Origin: Podarcis gaigeae
Taxonomy: Eukaryota
DNA: 64,000 nt
Assembly (NCBI GenBank): GCA_964106915.2
Contig: OZ066919.1
Direction: 5' to 3' (one strand)
Shown piece by piece: positions 1 through 13,276 of the stretch (position 1 is the stretch's first letter; each line of letters starts with the position of its first letter). The translations under genes were made by a program, and so were the position numbers. Under the pieces are notes generated by a model, which saw nothing but the letters and a program-made list of their open reading frames with translations, ran no database searches and had not been told where the DNA came from.

Positions 1-1550
1 GCTGCCTGAAACCACCTGCTTAGTCTTTAATGGTTCCCTGATCCCAGCTGAGAGCTGAGAAACCGATTAAGATTGACTGGTATGTGCCTGTCCCGACTGT
101 CCTTTGACACTGTCGATACAGCCTGGGGAGGTCAAAGGTTAACGTCACACTTAGTGCAGTGAAGGAGGGTGTCAGGTTTGTTAAACACTCTGGTAATGAA
201 GTCAGGGCAGCTGCATTATTTTGTCATTTCCCTGGCCTGAGAGATGGAGACCCAGGCACAGCCCAAACAGATCTATAAGGGCTTACATTAGAAGAACACA
301 GGCTCAGGTGTAGAGTTACATGGGCCTCAGTACCAAGTCAAAGAAAGGCTGGGAATCAGGGGCTGGAGGTCAACAGCTCTGCTGACTTGGAAGATGGAGG
401 TGGCGCCATTACTGCAAGTGTGCAAACATCATGCAGACAGGTCGATCCAAGACACCCATACACAGGCACCCAACCACCTTTCTGTGGGTCTGTTTTGGGG
501 GAAAGGAAATTCCTAGCTTCAATTCTTGCCTCGGATTACCCACATGAGAAGCAAATTACTGCCTCCTTAGCCTCAGCCAAAATCCAGTTGTAGTGCCACT
601 TCTGCCAGAGGCACTCTCCAACATTTTGTGTCCTGGAATTTTTGTGTGTTTCACAATAATGAGGAAGACAATTGGTGGGACAGACACTCCCACACACACA
701 AAGACAGCAGAGGACTGGTTGTGAAGAACAACCATGATTTCATTTGTTCCAGGGCTAAGCCCCGACATTAAACAGTATGGGGACAGGAGTTCAAACCTAG
801 TCCTGAGGAATTGAAGCCAAGTAGCAAACTAGCATCAGTATTCTTCATTATAATTCAAAAACCAAAGCGACAATAACAAGAAAGATGAGGGAAGTTATAA
901 GGAAAGAAAAAAAGAGATCATAAACACGACAGATGAATTTAACATCTTGGGCTGCCACTGTCTCCCAAGGTGGCTTTAGACAAATCATCCCACTCCACAA
1001 AGATAATAGGGTTCAAATGAGGGCAAAGAGATCCACTCTACATTTCTGGTCACTACCTGGATGCATGTAAATGGAGGTGCTGAAATAAATAATTAACTAC
1101 TTCCTGCCCAGCCTGATAGAGCATTCATGGGATGGGAGGAGGGACATAAATCTCACAGATTGAGCAGCTAATATTTTATTTAAAATATCTTCAAAAAGAG
1201 AGAGATGATCTATTGAATGTATTGAGAAAATGCTAATGCATAATAGCACGTGTCAGGAGGCTCGTCCATCACTCTCTGCCGCCATTCGGGAGATCCATAT
1301 CTAATTAACGGTAATGAATGAGGGAGCCACGCTGAGGACAAGCCACCAGTTTGTTATGGAAATCAGGCAAAACAATTAATTAAACAAACCGTCCTTGCCA
1401 TGGCAGTCCAGCCTCTGGGTCCTGACTTCTGTGCTGTTCTATCTACCAGCAAATGGGAGGGCAAGGGGAGGAGAGAGCTACACTCTTAGCTGACTGGGGT
1501 TTAGGGTACCCCACTTGGAACTAGAAGAATGCATGTTCAAATCCCACTTC

Positions 1551-1554
<4 letters not shown>

Positions 1555-1591
<37 letters not shown>
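1555..1591. repeat. (CA)n microsatellite
   Basis: Direct reading. Confidence 0.95.
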
Positions 1592-1593
<2 letters not shown>

Positions 1594-2342
1594 CCCACCA
1601 GCTCATCGGCTTCTGGTCAAGTACTTCAGGCACAGTGACTCACTAACCACAGTTAATTGGCATGGGCAGAGTGACCCTAGCCATGGCTACCAACTAAAGT
1701 GCTTCACACTCAATGTAAATCCTGTTTCTAGGGGGAGAATGGCACCTATGTCCTTATACTATAACAATTATGGTCCTGTTGACTCATTATAATCCACAAT
1801 GCAAAACAAAATCTAAAATGCATTAGCTCTAGACTGAAACATCCATGTATTTGTGGCAGAAGCAAACAGGGTGTGGAGACAGCAACCAGGCACTCGTCCA
1901 TCATGCCTAGATCCAAGTCTAGCCTAGTGCGGCTGCTAGGCCATGTCAAACCCTTTGAATAGTCATATATATTATAGCAGTTTTGAAGCACACAATTAAC
2001 ATTTCTCTTCTCTGCTGTAATTCCATGTTTTTCAACTGTTTCTAAATTGCTGTTTTGTTAGAGCAAAGCCCTCCCCCAAACAGTCTGTCAACCCTGATTA
2101 AACAACAACAAATCTGAGCATTTACAAATTCACATTTTAAATCCACTTAAATCACAGCACTATCATAACTACAGAAATACAATGCAGTTTGCTTCTGCTT
2201 ACCTGATGATAAACACATTTACTTGGGAATAACTATCATTTCGTTGTAGAAAAAGGTTGTGTCTTTTTAATGTAAAAATAATAAAATGAACACCTGGAAC
2301 CGTGTATATGACTGCTGAGCTGCTTCCTGACTATAACATATA

Positions 2343-3076
2343 CCGTATTTTTTGCACCATAACACTCACTTTTTTCCTCCTAGAAAGTAAGGGGAAATGT
2401 CTGTGCGTGTTATGGAGCGAATGCCTACGGATGGCGGGGGGATCTGCTGCAATCGTGAGCAGAGGATCCATGGTTCCCCTTCCTTCCCTCCTCTGTGGCT
2501 TGCTTTGAAACAACAAAGCGGGAGAAGAGCCGCTGAGTGAGAAGGAGAGAGGGACAGAGAGCCTGCTTGCTTTAAAGGAGCAAAGCGGGAGAGGAGAGGA
2601 GCCTTCTCCTCTTATACCCCTCTTCTGCATTATTAACAGCATCCTTCTCCACCCACCCCACGCGTGTCCCTTGTCCCTTGAGTGCTTTTCCTTCCCTCCC
2701 CACTTAAAACATGGTTACAAAGCACAGATCCACATGGATCCTCAGGATTTTTGCACTGGGTCACCCCAAATTCACCATCAGATCACATAGCATGTCCATG
2801 GCTACATCTTGCACCAAAAAAAATCACACACCCACTGTTGCCTGGGGCCGCAGTGGTGCAAAAACGTGGTTACAAAGCATGGATCCACATGGATCCTCAG
2901 GATTTTTGCATTGGGCTACTCCAAACTCACCGTCAGATCACATGTCTGTGGCCACAGCATGAACCACAAAATCATACATCCGCTGTTTCGTTTAGAGTAT
3001 TTTTTTTCTTGTTTTCCTCCTCTAAAAACTATGTGCGTGTTATGGTCGGGTGCGTGTTATACAGCGAAAAATATGG
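2343..3076. mobile_element. Non-autonomous Tc1/mariner(pogo)-like DNA element with an internal ~100-bp direct duplication
   Basis: TIRs ccgtattttttgc...gcgaaaaatatgg flanked by TA; internal repeats at about 2706-2805 and 2860-2958. Confidence 0.75.
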
Positions 3077-3110
3077 TATTTCAAAGTAAGAAGAAAGGAA
3101 GGATGCTATA

Positions 3111-3268
3111 GTGCCCAGTATCAGACAGCTCAGTTGGTAGAGCATGAAACTCTTAAACTCAGGGTCATGGTTCGAGACGCACATTGGGCAAAAAGATTCC
3201 TGCACTGCAGGGGATTGGACTAGATGACCCTCGTGACCTCTTTCAACTCTACAATTCTATGATTCTAA
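3111..3268 (+). mobile_element. SINE with tRNA-Lys-derived head and CR1-derived tail
   Basis: agctcagttggtagagcatgaaactcttaa...ggttcgag head; ggactagatgacc...ctctacaattctatgattcta CR1-type tail. Confidence 0.8.
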
Positions 3269-3953
3269 GTTGGCCTATGTGCTGATGCTGGACCTGTTTG
3301 CTGCTGCCCTCATCGCACGCAGTTCTCTGGGTGGCCATTTGGGGGCCTCCTGGGCTGCCTCATTAAGCTATCAAGGAAGGGGAGGTAGAAGCCAGGCATC
3401 ATACCTCAACGCACACCCAGCTGAGAATCCCTTCCTCAAGGACAATTACGTGCTGGATTTTAATTATTATTGGTATATTTATCCCTTTGAGACACTTTGG
3501 AAGCCATTTTGTATCTCAAAGGTAGGGTAAAAATAGATAAAAGTGACTTGTAGTTTATCTGGTTCAGGGTAGATATGAAGTCCTTGAAATACGAGAGGTC
3601 CTGCTTGCATCTGCAACAGCTAATTCCTACCTAGCTTCCAAAGATATCTCATTGTGTTCCGTAAGAAAAGACACAGATGCATTTAGAAATTATAACTATG
3701 GGGCACAAAACAGAAGAAAACTCATCCAAGGGCAAGCACATCTATAGCTTACGGTAAGAGTGTCTCTGAGTTCTAAATCAAATACCCCATCCCCAAATGG
3801 GATCAGGTTACAGATACGACTGCAAGGGTGCATAACGGGTGGAAATGATGGGTTTGGATGATCTGAAAAACAGCAGTCACATTCCACATTGATTTGCAAT
3901 GCAGCAAATCAAATGGAAGCAAAACATCAAACGAGAGGTCATAAGATGCTATA

Positions 3954-4199
3954 CAGTGGTACCTCAGGATGCGAACGGCATCTGTTCCGGAGCCCCATTC
4001 GCATCCTGAAGCGAACGCGACCCGTGTCTGCGCGGGTTGCGTTTCGCCGCTTCCGCACATGCGCGTGACGTCATTTTGACCGTCTGTGCATGCGCGCGCA
4101 ACGAAACCCAGAAGTAACATGCTCCATTACTTCCGGGTCACCACGGAGCGCAACCCGAAAATACTTAACTTGAAGCACATTTATCCCGAGGTACGACTG
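3954..4199. mobile_element. Tc1/mariner-type MITE
   Basis: TA|cagtggtacctcaggat...atcccgaggtacgactg|TA. Confidence 0.85.
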
Positions 4200-5418
4200 T
4201 ACATTATCAGGTCTGTGCACATTCTATAAGTTAGATGTACACTGCAGTCCTGAATATGAGACAGATGTTGGCTCCAGATCTCAACTTTCTTTCTATTGTT
4301 AAATTTTCAGACTTCCTTGGGGCAGTGAAGTTCAAGCAGTACCTGCTGAAAGCTCAAAAATATGGGTTAAGTGGGTAGGGAAGACATGTACCACTCCTTA
4401 AACCTTGCCCGTAATTTCTGTTATCAAACCCTGACCTATGCATTTCCAACCTCATTCCCTAACACCACAGTTATTGCTAGTTTTCTACAGGTTCAGTGGG
4501 AGCCCAAATTAAACACGGATTGTAAAAAAAAAAGCCATGTTCAAATTATTGTCCATGGCTTCATAACACATGCATTTATAAAGATGTGGAAAATGCTGTC
4601 ACTATGTGTGCCTCCCTTGCCTCAGCTCACCTTCTGTTCCACACCAATTCCATTGCAAGCATCCTGGCTTGCATTAAGGCAGAGTTATTAGTTACATATA
4701 TCTGAGCCAGAGAATTCTGGCTTAATGCTAACAAACCAGGATAGCAAGCCAGATTCTTCAGTTTGGACATAACAGGGAACTCTGACTTAAAGAAAGTCAG
4801 GATCTTCACACAATGGCTGGTACATTATGGGAGGAGAGGAGGTGCAGTGGCCATGGCGGCATGAACCACAGCTTATGAAGCTATGGATAATCATCCAAAC
4901 ATAGCCAATATACACATGCATATGTAATCTACTTCTTATTGAATAAATATTTTAAAATACACACACCTTCATCCCTTTTATAATTGATGAACAGGATGAG
5001 CCTTGACTTTCTGCACCTGAGGAGGGGTAGGTGAGAAGTGGAAATGAGGCACCAAGCAGGATCTTTGAAACACAGTGGTTAGGGTATGCAAAACTTCATT
5101 TGCACACACATCACGCCAGGCTGGAATTCATGCCTTGCTTCCTTGCCCCTGAACCCTGGATCTCTGTCCTTACATGTCAATGGCTCCTCAAGATCTCTGT
5201 GCACATAACACAGATTTCCAATCAGAGGCGTGTACTTGGCTCCTGGTCTATTGACACTGAAGCAAGAAGGGCTCAAGGTTAATTCCTTATCAATACCCTA
5301 TTGTCAGCTCGTTAATCAAAGTGAGAGGTCAGAGGCAACTGAAGTGTGAAGACAGCAGAGAGATGGACAGTAGCTCCAACACTTCCTAAAACCCATCTTT
5401 ATCCTTCTCACTGTACTA

Positions 5419-5628
5419 CAGTGGTACCTTGGGTTAAGAACTTATTTGTTCTGGAGGTCCACCTGAAACTCTTCTTAACCTGAGGTACCACTTTAGCTAA
5501 TGGGGCCTTGCACTGTCGCCGCCGTGCAATTTCTGTTCTCATCCTGAAGCAAAGTTCTTAACCCGAGGTACTATTTCTGGGTTAGCAGAGTCTGTAACCT
5601 GAAGCGTCTGTAACCCGAGGTACCACTG
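5419..5628. mobile_element. Tc1/mariner-type MITE (family shared with 6528 and 32427)
   Basis: TA|cagtggtaccttgggtta...taacccgaggtaccactg|TA. Confidence 0.88.
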
Positions 5629-6527
5629 TATCCCCAATTTGGGCACTTTAGGTTTTCCAACACATTTTGGTCCTGTGACACATCTACCAGCTCTACTAAC
5701 ACAGATATTTAAATTAAGCTTGAGATTAGTGATCACATTAACATAAATCCTAAGAAGGCTGGAAACCAGTGGGTACAGAATTGTACGTAAATCATAGTTC
5801 ATGTTATATCACTGATGTAGACTTACTATATGTCCCTGGGGAACTTCCTGAATTTGTGCCTCAGTTTTCCAGTGATCAAATGGAAGAATATTGATTTATT
5901 CACAGGGTTGCAATGGGGCAAAAATAAAGCCCGTAGAACAATTAATATGCTATCTAACAAAGTACTAAAAGAATATATTGTTTCATGCCACCCTAATCTC
6001 CGAGCAGTGCAAGATTCCAGGGGTTTCAGGTAAGCACCCGTGTTTCCTTTTTGGAATGAGGCACAGTGGAGACTGGTATCTTTAGGATATATCGTTTATT
6101 TCCACATATATACAACCTAAGCCTACAATGGAAGGGTTCACCGTATTGACACTCCATGCAGGTCTTGCTTTCCCATAGCTGCAGCCCTGGACAGACACCA
6201 GCCATGGTTCTGACTCTGCAGCTTGCTGACTTTTTTCAGATTGTAACTTTTTTCCTCCAGTTCACATCACAACCAACACTGAAAACCCAATCCTAAACAT
6301 TGCTCTATTTCAAACTCTGGCCTTTGTCTTTCTAACTATCTCAGAGCTGAAGGATGGCCCCCTCTCAAAAGCGTCTGGCACAAGGCCTCCTCTCCTTGAC
6401 CATTACTTTCCCTTTGTTCTTGGTTAATGGTTAGTTTCCCAGGTGATTAACTCACGAGGAGACTGGCCTGGTTATCATAAAATATAATCTGAATCCAGGA
6501 GTTCAGTGCCTTCTATCCAGTTTAATA

Positions 6528-6753
6528 CAGTGGTACCTCGGGTTAAGAACTTAATTCGTTCTGGAGGTCTGTTCTTAACCTGAAACTGTTCTTAACCTGA
6601 AGCACCACTTTAACTAATGGGGCCTCCCGCTGCTGCTGCACTGCCACTGCGCAATTTCTGTTCTCATCCTGAAGCAAAGTTCTTAACCCGAGGTGCTATT
6701 TCTGGGTTAGTGGAGTCTGTAACCTGAAGCGTCTGTAACCCGAGGTACCACTG
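6528..6753. mobile_element. Tc1/mariner-type MITE
   Basis: TA|cagtggtacctcgggtta...taacccgaggtaccactg|TA; near-identical to 5419-5628. Confidence 0.9.
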
Positions 6754-7132
6754 TACTGCAAACATTGATTAAATTCTAAGAGTTACCGGATCTAGGAATT
6801 TAGGAGCGTATGGTACCCCTGAATTCTCCCATCCACAATTTCTTTTACCTTGTACCACTCTACCTTGATTCTTTACTGGGGAATGACAATGCTCTTTGTA
6901 ACCAAAGTTGCTGTGCAATATCACACACGTACATTCCATGCCAACCTTGATCGCACAATTATATTCTCTCCCTGAAATATATGTTCTGTGGCCAGCATTT
7001 TTATTTCACTCTATAGCCAAAAGGGTACCTAGAGTGGCTTGCAAGTTCACTAGTAACCCTTGAAACAACGCATTGACTAGTTTGCGTTCTATGTCTAATA
7101 ACAACACAAAATAAAAGATCCTGGGGTAGACC

Positions 7133-7650
7133 TCATAAAACATAAAAAGCTCTGCTGGATCAGACCAAAGGTCCATCTAGTCTAGCATCTCCCCCCCCCC
7201 CCCCAGTGGCACAACCAGATACCTCTGGGAAGCCCACAAGTAGGATATAAAGGCAACAGCCCTCTCTTGCCATTGCTCCCCAGCAACCAGCATTCACTGC
7301 GTCTGAATATGGAGCTTAAAAAACCCATGATGACTAATAGTCTATGATAGATCTATCCTGCATGAATTTCTCCAGTTCCCCTTTAAATTCATCCAAACTA
7401 GTGCCATCCCCACATCCTGTAAATTGCATCCATTAGAAACAGTATTTCCTTTTGTATATCCTGAATCTAGTGATCAATTTCACTAGACTATGAGTTCTAG
7501 TATTATAATTAAACCATATCCACTATCTGAACACTATTTTTGTGAAGACCTCTCTTTAGTCGTTTAAAAAACAAACACAAAAAAGCACGGAAGTCCCAAA
7601 CATTTTAGTCTTTCCTCATCCCTGATCATTTTGGTTGCTCTTTTCTGCCT
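7133..7650 (-). mobile_element. CR1 LINE 3' fragment
   Basis: cataaaacataaaaagctctgctggatcagaccaaaggtccatctagtctagcatc, a typical reptile CR1 tail in antisense; degraded. Confidence 0.65.
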
Positions 7651-8359
7651 TCACATTCAGGGTTTAGGAAATAGCGTTATATGATCTCTTGAAGCACATT
7701 TCTCTGGGGCTACTTTCCCCCAACATAACATGTTCCCTTAAGGTGTTTCACACAATTCAGGTGCTATGTAAACCCAGTACAACAACCACTGCTAGGTTTG
7801 GGGGCAAGGGAAGAGGAACAAGTGGACAGCATAAAGGTGCTGCATTAAGATCTTCCTAAGCTCTTTCCTCAGTTCTGTAGGCTTATTGTGCTAGCCAAAG
7901 GCCATGACAAAAACATGGGAACACAGGCAATTTCAAATACAAAATATAAATCAAGGCATCTGCTAAAACAAACAGAACCATCAATTCCTAGCAAGACTAT
8001 AATCAGGGAGCACTCCGCTACTACACAAAGTGTATTCAGACATAGACCTCTGAATCCCCATTACAGTTCACAGCTATTTTGTCCGATTCTTTCTTCCTAA
8101 TCTTCCTTGCCGCCAACACAAAAAGGGCCACTTTATGAGTCACTAATGCATTGCAGTCACTCAGTAACCAGTGAACCCACTCCATCAGGGGAAGACTGCT
8201 TCCTTGAACAAACAAGGATTTTAGAAAGTGACTCCTTGGGTCTGTGTGTAAGGGGCAATATAACAAAAAATGAGTACTGTATCTTCTAATTGTGATTGCC
8301 CGCATATACATAGTCTATCTGCGTATGGAATATTGTGGTAATAACTACCCAACATTTAC

Positions 8360-8535
8360 AGATAGGTAGCCGTGTTGGTCTGCCATAGTCAAAACAAAAA
8401 AAATTCCTTCCAGTAGCACCTTAAAGACCAACTAAGTTAGTTCTTGGTATGAGCTTTTGTGTGCATGCACACGAAAGCTCATACCAAGAACTAACTTAGT
8501 TGGTCTTTAAGGTGCTACTGGAATTTTTTTGTTTT
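8360..8535. mobile_element. Penelope-like element remnant forming a 116-bp palindrome
   Basis: gtagccgtgttggtctg...ccagtagcaccttaaagaccaact... inverted about gtgtgcatgcacac; a second, one-armed copy at 48040. Confidence 0.7.
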
Positions 8536-11500
8536 TACCCAACATTTGAAACTGCAACTCAATAAAGGCAGATCTTAATGGTACAGGCAGAAATATAGGC
8601 AAGGAACTGGCTCTGAAATGCTTTGTTTTCAGCAGAGGGAAATATGGGAAACATTTAGATGATTTAATCATTTGTAGGTCCCTTCTGGATTCTATCCAAT
8701 AGAACCAATCCCTTGGTGCTTATTCCATCTTCAGAATTTCATTCAGCTCCTGAAAACAAGAATCAAGGCTACATTGACTGTTTAATTTCCCCCTGTGTGT
8801 GTTCCCAGTTCTATATAATGCTCATTGTGTAAGAATGCAATTCTTTTCAGGCTTTAACACAGGTGTGGGGAACCTTTGGCCATTGTCCATGCTTGCTGGG
8901 GCCAACAGTTATAGTTCAGCAACATCTAGAGGGATAAGTGTCCTGCACCCCTGCTTTAATTGCTGCTTCAATACCTTCCAAAGTTTCTGGACCACCCTGC
9001 TTCTTACGACTGAATGCCTCTCCCACACCAGTACAAGGCTTTTTCCTCAGCTTTATAACAACAAATTGATATAACAGGCAAATGAGGAAACATGAAATGA
9101 ATTTTCTTAAATAGGGTTCTGTTGCAGACACAATGTGAAGTTGCTCTCTTCCAAAGTAATCCAAGCTGCATCAGCCTATTTTCCAAAGCAGAGTTGAAAT
9201 TGTACCTAGTCTTCAGTGCACAAACCTAGCATTTACTGCACCAGGTGCAGAGTACCATTCCCATTTACACAGACATACATGTCAGTTTTGTACTATAATT
9301 TATCTTTTTAGAGTCTGACAAAGATATTGTGCATATAGGCAATCTGTACAACTAAACAGTTCTGCAAGGACTTTTAGCTGTGCAATGAAATTTCCCTTCT
9401 ACTGTCCTGCAAAACCTCTAAGACTATTCTGGGGATACCCTCAAACCTTCAGGAGATTGAAGAGTGAAGTTCCATTGGGTAGCTAAAAGTCCTTGTGAAC
9501 TGTTTAGTTGGATGCCACCTTGAAAAATTCTTTACCTAATTACATATGTACTGGTGTTGAAAAGTATGACTGATCAATGAGAGGACATCAAATATCAGCT
9601 TCTAAACTGATCCATCTGCAATGAAAATTATGATTCTCATGTACTCCACTGAAGCATACCTAGAGACAAAATACTGGGCAGAAAAACTGAATATGGACTT
9701 TCCTCATCTTAAGTGTACAAACAATTCTCTTCCTACATTGCTGATAAATGGCTGCTTTATTATCTATGCAAGTCAAAATAGTTCAAATGCAAAGGAGAAA
9801 CAATGAAATGCTGTTAGATGAGCAAATGAAGCTTAGCTGCTGTTATGAAAAAGCTTACCGGTAATAGTTTAATCAAAGGGCACTCTGATGCTATAAAAAA
9901 AGGAATCCTGACCCTTTTGCTGTTTTGACTTAGAACCACTAGAGAGCAGCAAGTCATACTTTCCTCCTTTACTCCCAAAAATCTATGCTACAACAGCTGG
10001 AGAAATTCCTTCTACAAAGAAAAAAGGATTTTTATCAGGGAGGGAAACCGGGACCTAAAGTCAACATCTCCATCAGCATACTTAAGCAGCCATTCAGAGC
10101 CCTTACTTCTGGTCTCAGGTGGTAGAACCTACACAAAGGCCACCACTAAAAGCCAAAGATTATTGCAAGTTACTAATCTATTTTAGTCAATTTCACAGAT
10201 GACACACCTGGGGTGATGGGGTGGTGAGGAGAGTAGCAACACAATATTATTTTTTTCAGAAGTCCTCTTTGTGTTGTTAACTCCTCAGGGAAACACTCGG
10301 CACCATCATTGTAAGTTTTTAGAAACCCAGCCGAGACATTTTTATCTCCATAGGCTTTTGAGTTTTTGAGATAATACTTGTGTATGAATTTAGCCTCCAC
10401 CGTAGTGCTCATCTTTTAGTTAGGTAAATAAGACTTATCCTTTTTATTGTATTTGTGAATGAGAACTTTAGGGGGGTTTCTTTTTGCACCTTCTTTTTAT
10501 TTTTATATTATATATTGATATTTTATATTCTTGTTAAGTTATTTTGAGACGCCTTTTTTATAAAACAACAAACTAATGGAATAACTAAACAACAACAACC
10601 TTTGCAGTAATTAGTTTAATTGATGCTTATGTAGTGTTTTGTTTTTATCAGTGCTGCTTTCAGTTTTAGTCAGTCTAGAAGAAAGCCTGCTGCTATCTGA
10701 TTTGGTTTTTATTTTTATTCACTGTGATATTTTCAAGATTTTTTATTGCTATCCTTTGGAAAATGAAAAGTGGAATATAAATGTTTAAATTTAAACAAAC
10801 TCACTCAAGCTGTGGGAAGCTCGCAGAAGTTCAAGTGAAAGCAACTGTCAGTGCAAACAGCACAGACCACCATAGGCTCGATAATAACAAAAAAGTAGGA
10901 CGCACCCATTATGTATCATATAAAATGATCCAGCCCAAATATTTCTGCAACACAGCACAATTTGTCCTATAATACAATTTAGCAAGATCTTCATAAGTTA
11001 TCTTATTCTGTCCTCACAACAACCCTGTGAGGTAGGTTAGACAAAAATGTTGTGACTGACCCAAAGTTACACAGAGATTTTCACAGTTGAGGCTACAATC
11101 CTACACACATTTGTCTTAGTAACTTCAACAGGACTTAACTCCTATTTCAGGGCAAAAATGAACTGGTTTGCTCTGTAAGCACATGAACTAAAGTCCATCT
11201 GGTTGAAGTCCAAGTCTGACATCCAGTGTATCAGAAAGAATAAGACATTAAAACACAACACCATGATGCCCATTTTGTATTATTCAGCATAAATGCATCT
11301 GCAAACATTAGAAAGCCCTATTTTTAATTAAAGGCTACAGAGTGATTCCTGGAATTAGATTTCAGTCTCTTTTTCTATAGGTGTGCAAACAGCTCAGTTC
11401 TTCCACTCTGTGACAATATTGTGGGAAAGCAGCAGTAAAATGAATTGCATTCAACAAAGGTGGCAATATAGGGTTTTTGTTATTAACAGATAAAGTATGA

Positions 11501-12602
11501 ATGCACTACCTGTAAAATCTATTTGAGAGAAGCCTTAAAATCTCCTAATACCATCTGCAGCTAGGGCAACTGAGGGACTATTTATATTTAAGGCTTTAAA
11601 ACCTTATTCTTCAGGAGTCTCACTAAAGGTTTAGATCTAGTTGCCTATTATTTCTGAGTCACCTAGCTTGTTATCATCTTAAACACTTTAGAACATATCA
11701 AACAGCAACATGTTTTCCTCTCCAGTTATTTCCCCCAGTATACAGTTATGAACTGGGGGCAAAATACCCTGAGCTATCGACCCATTGATAGGGAAGACAC
11801 ATGGAAACTGACACTAAGATAGGTAAATCCACCAATTTGAAACATAGTAATTAGCTACAGCAGCTCGGCTAGAACTTCAGTCAATAACCTTCACTGTTTT
11901 AAGCATTTCTACAATGATCAAGTTAATGTAAAACTGATTAGATACTAGAAAACTTTCTAGCCACCTCTGTACTCACAAGACAAGACAGCAAAGAATGTTT
12001 CACCATTCCACCTCCGTACTGTTACCAAAGTTATAGCAAGTTTTCCTGGATCAATATGGAATAAAAGAGTGTGATTTCATAAATGCAAAAGACAGATCCA
12101 GAAAAGAGATAGGCACAACTTTAGACATGTCCTTTTAATTCTGTGTTATAGTCTATAGCTTAGTTGATAATATGAAGTCACTACCCTGGCTTTAACTCAC
12201 AAGAAGCCTCCTCCTATCCTCAGCTAAAAAGTACTTGGCCACAAGGCAAGTATAAGAGAGAGAAAAGCAGCCCAGAGATGGTGGTGGGTCACTAACTGCA
12301 GAGTTGTATACAGCAGCACAGAAAGGAACTGATTTTGCTTCACAAGGCAAAAGCTTGAAGAGGTGGAAGAAGTTAATGGAAAGATGAAATGAACATTGAC
12401 AGGGTTCTACATTTAAATTCTACATACATCAAAACACAAAATTTAATATCAGCCAGAGGTACATTTGAGAGCCGGTGCTTACTAAAATCTGAGAAACCAA
12501 ACAGGAAGCTATGTAAAATTTCAAACAGTTAGGGACGGGCTTCAGCAACCAGGACAGGCCCAGGTCCTTGCTCCCCATGATCAGGAGAAGCAGGATAAAA
12601 TA

Positions 12603-12879
12603 CAGCAGACCCTTGGGTTACGTTATCTTCAGGTAACGTAACTTTTGGGTTGCGAATGCGGCAAACCCGGAAGTGTATACTTCCGGATTTTGCTGCGTGC
12701 GCATGCACAAAAACGCTCTACACACTTCATGCATGCGCAGAAGTGCTCTGCACACTGCACACAGAAGTGCTCTATAGCACTGTGTGTGTGTGCACAGAAG
12801 CGGCGCCTCATGTTGCAGACTTTTCGGGGTACATAAGGACCCCCAGAACGAATTAAGTTTGTATCCAGAGGGTCCACTG
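12603..12879. mobile_element. Tc1/mariner-type MITE with internal short tandem repeats (gcacagaagtgctct)
   Basis: TA|cagcagacccttgggttac...gtatccagagggtccactg|TA. Confidence 0.75.
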
Positions 12880-13276
12880 TATACACTGTATATCAAATGA
12901 GTGTATGCAAATGTGTATACTTAAATAAAAGTTGCAGAATTTTGTTTTTCTTAGCTCGAAAGTGTGCATGTTTAAATGCACAGATAACACACAGCCTATT
13001 AGAGTACTTTCCAAAGCCCATGAGCCAAAGTCAAGAAGAATGAAGATATTGCAAAATGCATCAGTGAGGGTTTGCTCATATTTATCCTACAGTTCCACTC
13101 TCTGCTACTCAGCTATATGACAATTTCAGACATTCAGATTCTGAGAAATACTTTGGCTTGCATTAGTGAGAGGCAGCAACAGAATTTTATCAAAAGCAAT
13201 GATGAACGGTTTAGAGTATAATATTAGTGGGAGAACAGGCAGATACTAATACCTTCACAACAGCCACCAAGTGAGC

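Noticed and set aside
111-767. tgtcg...cgaca ends suggesting an LTR
   Set aside because: Only a 5-bp match, with no TSD or other LTR features
2682-3111. Overlapping ORFs with repeated peptides; possible CRISPR-like array
   Set aside because: Only a two-copy internal duplication inside a TIR element; eukaryotic context, no repeat-spacer structure
3120-3190. Possible tRNA-Lys gene
   Set aside because: Degenerate stems and fusion to a CR1 tail show it is a SINE head
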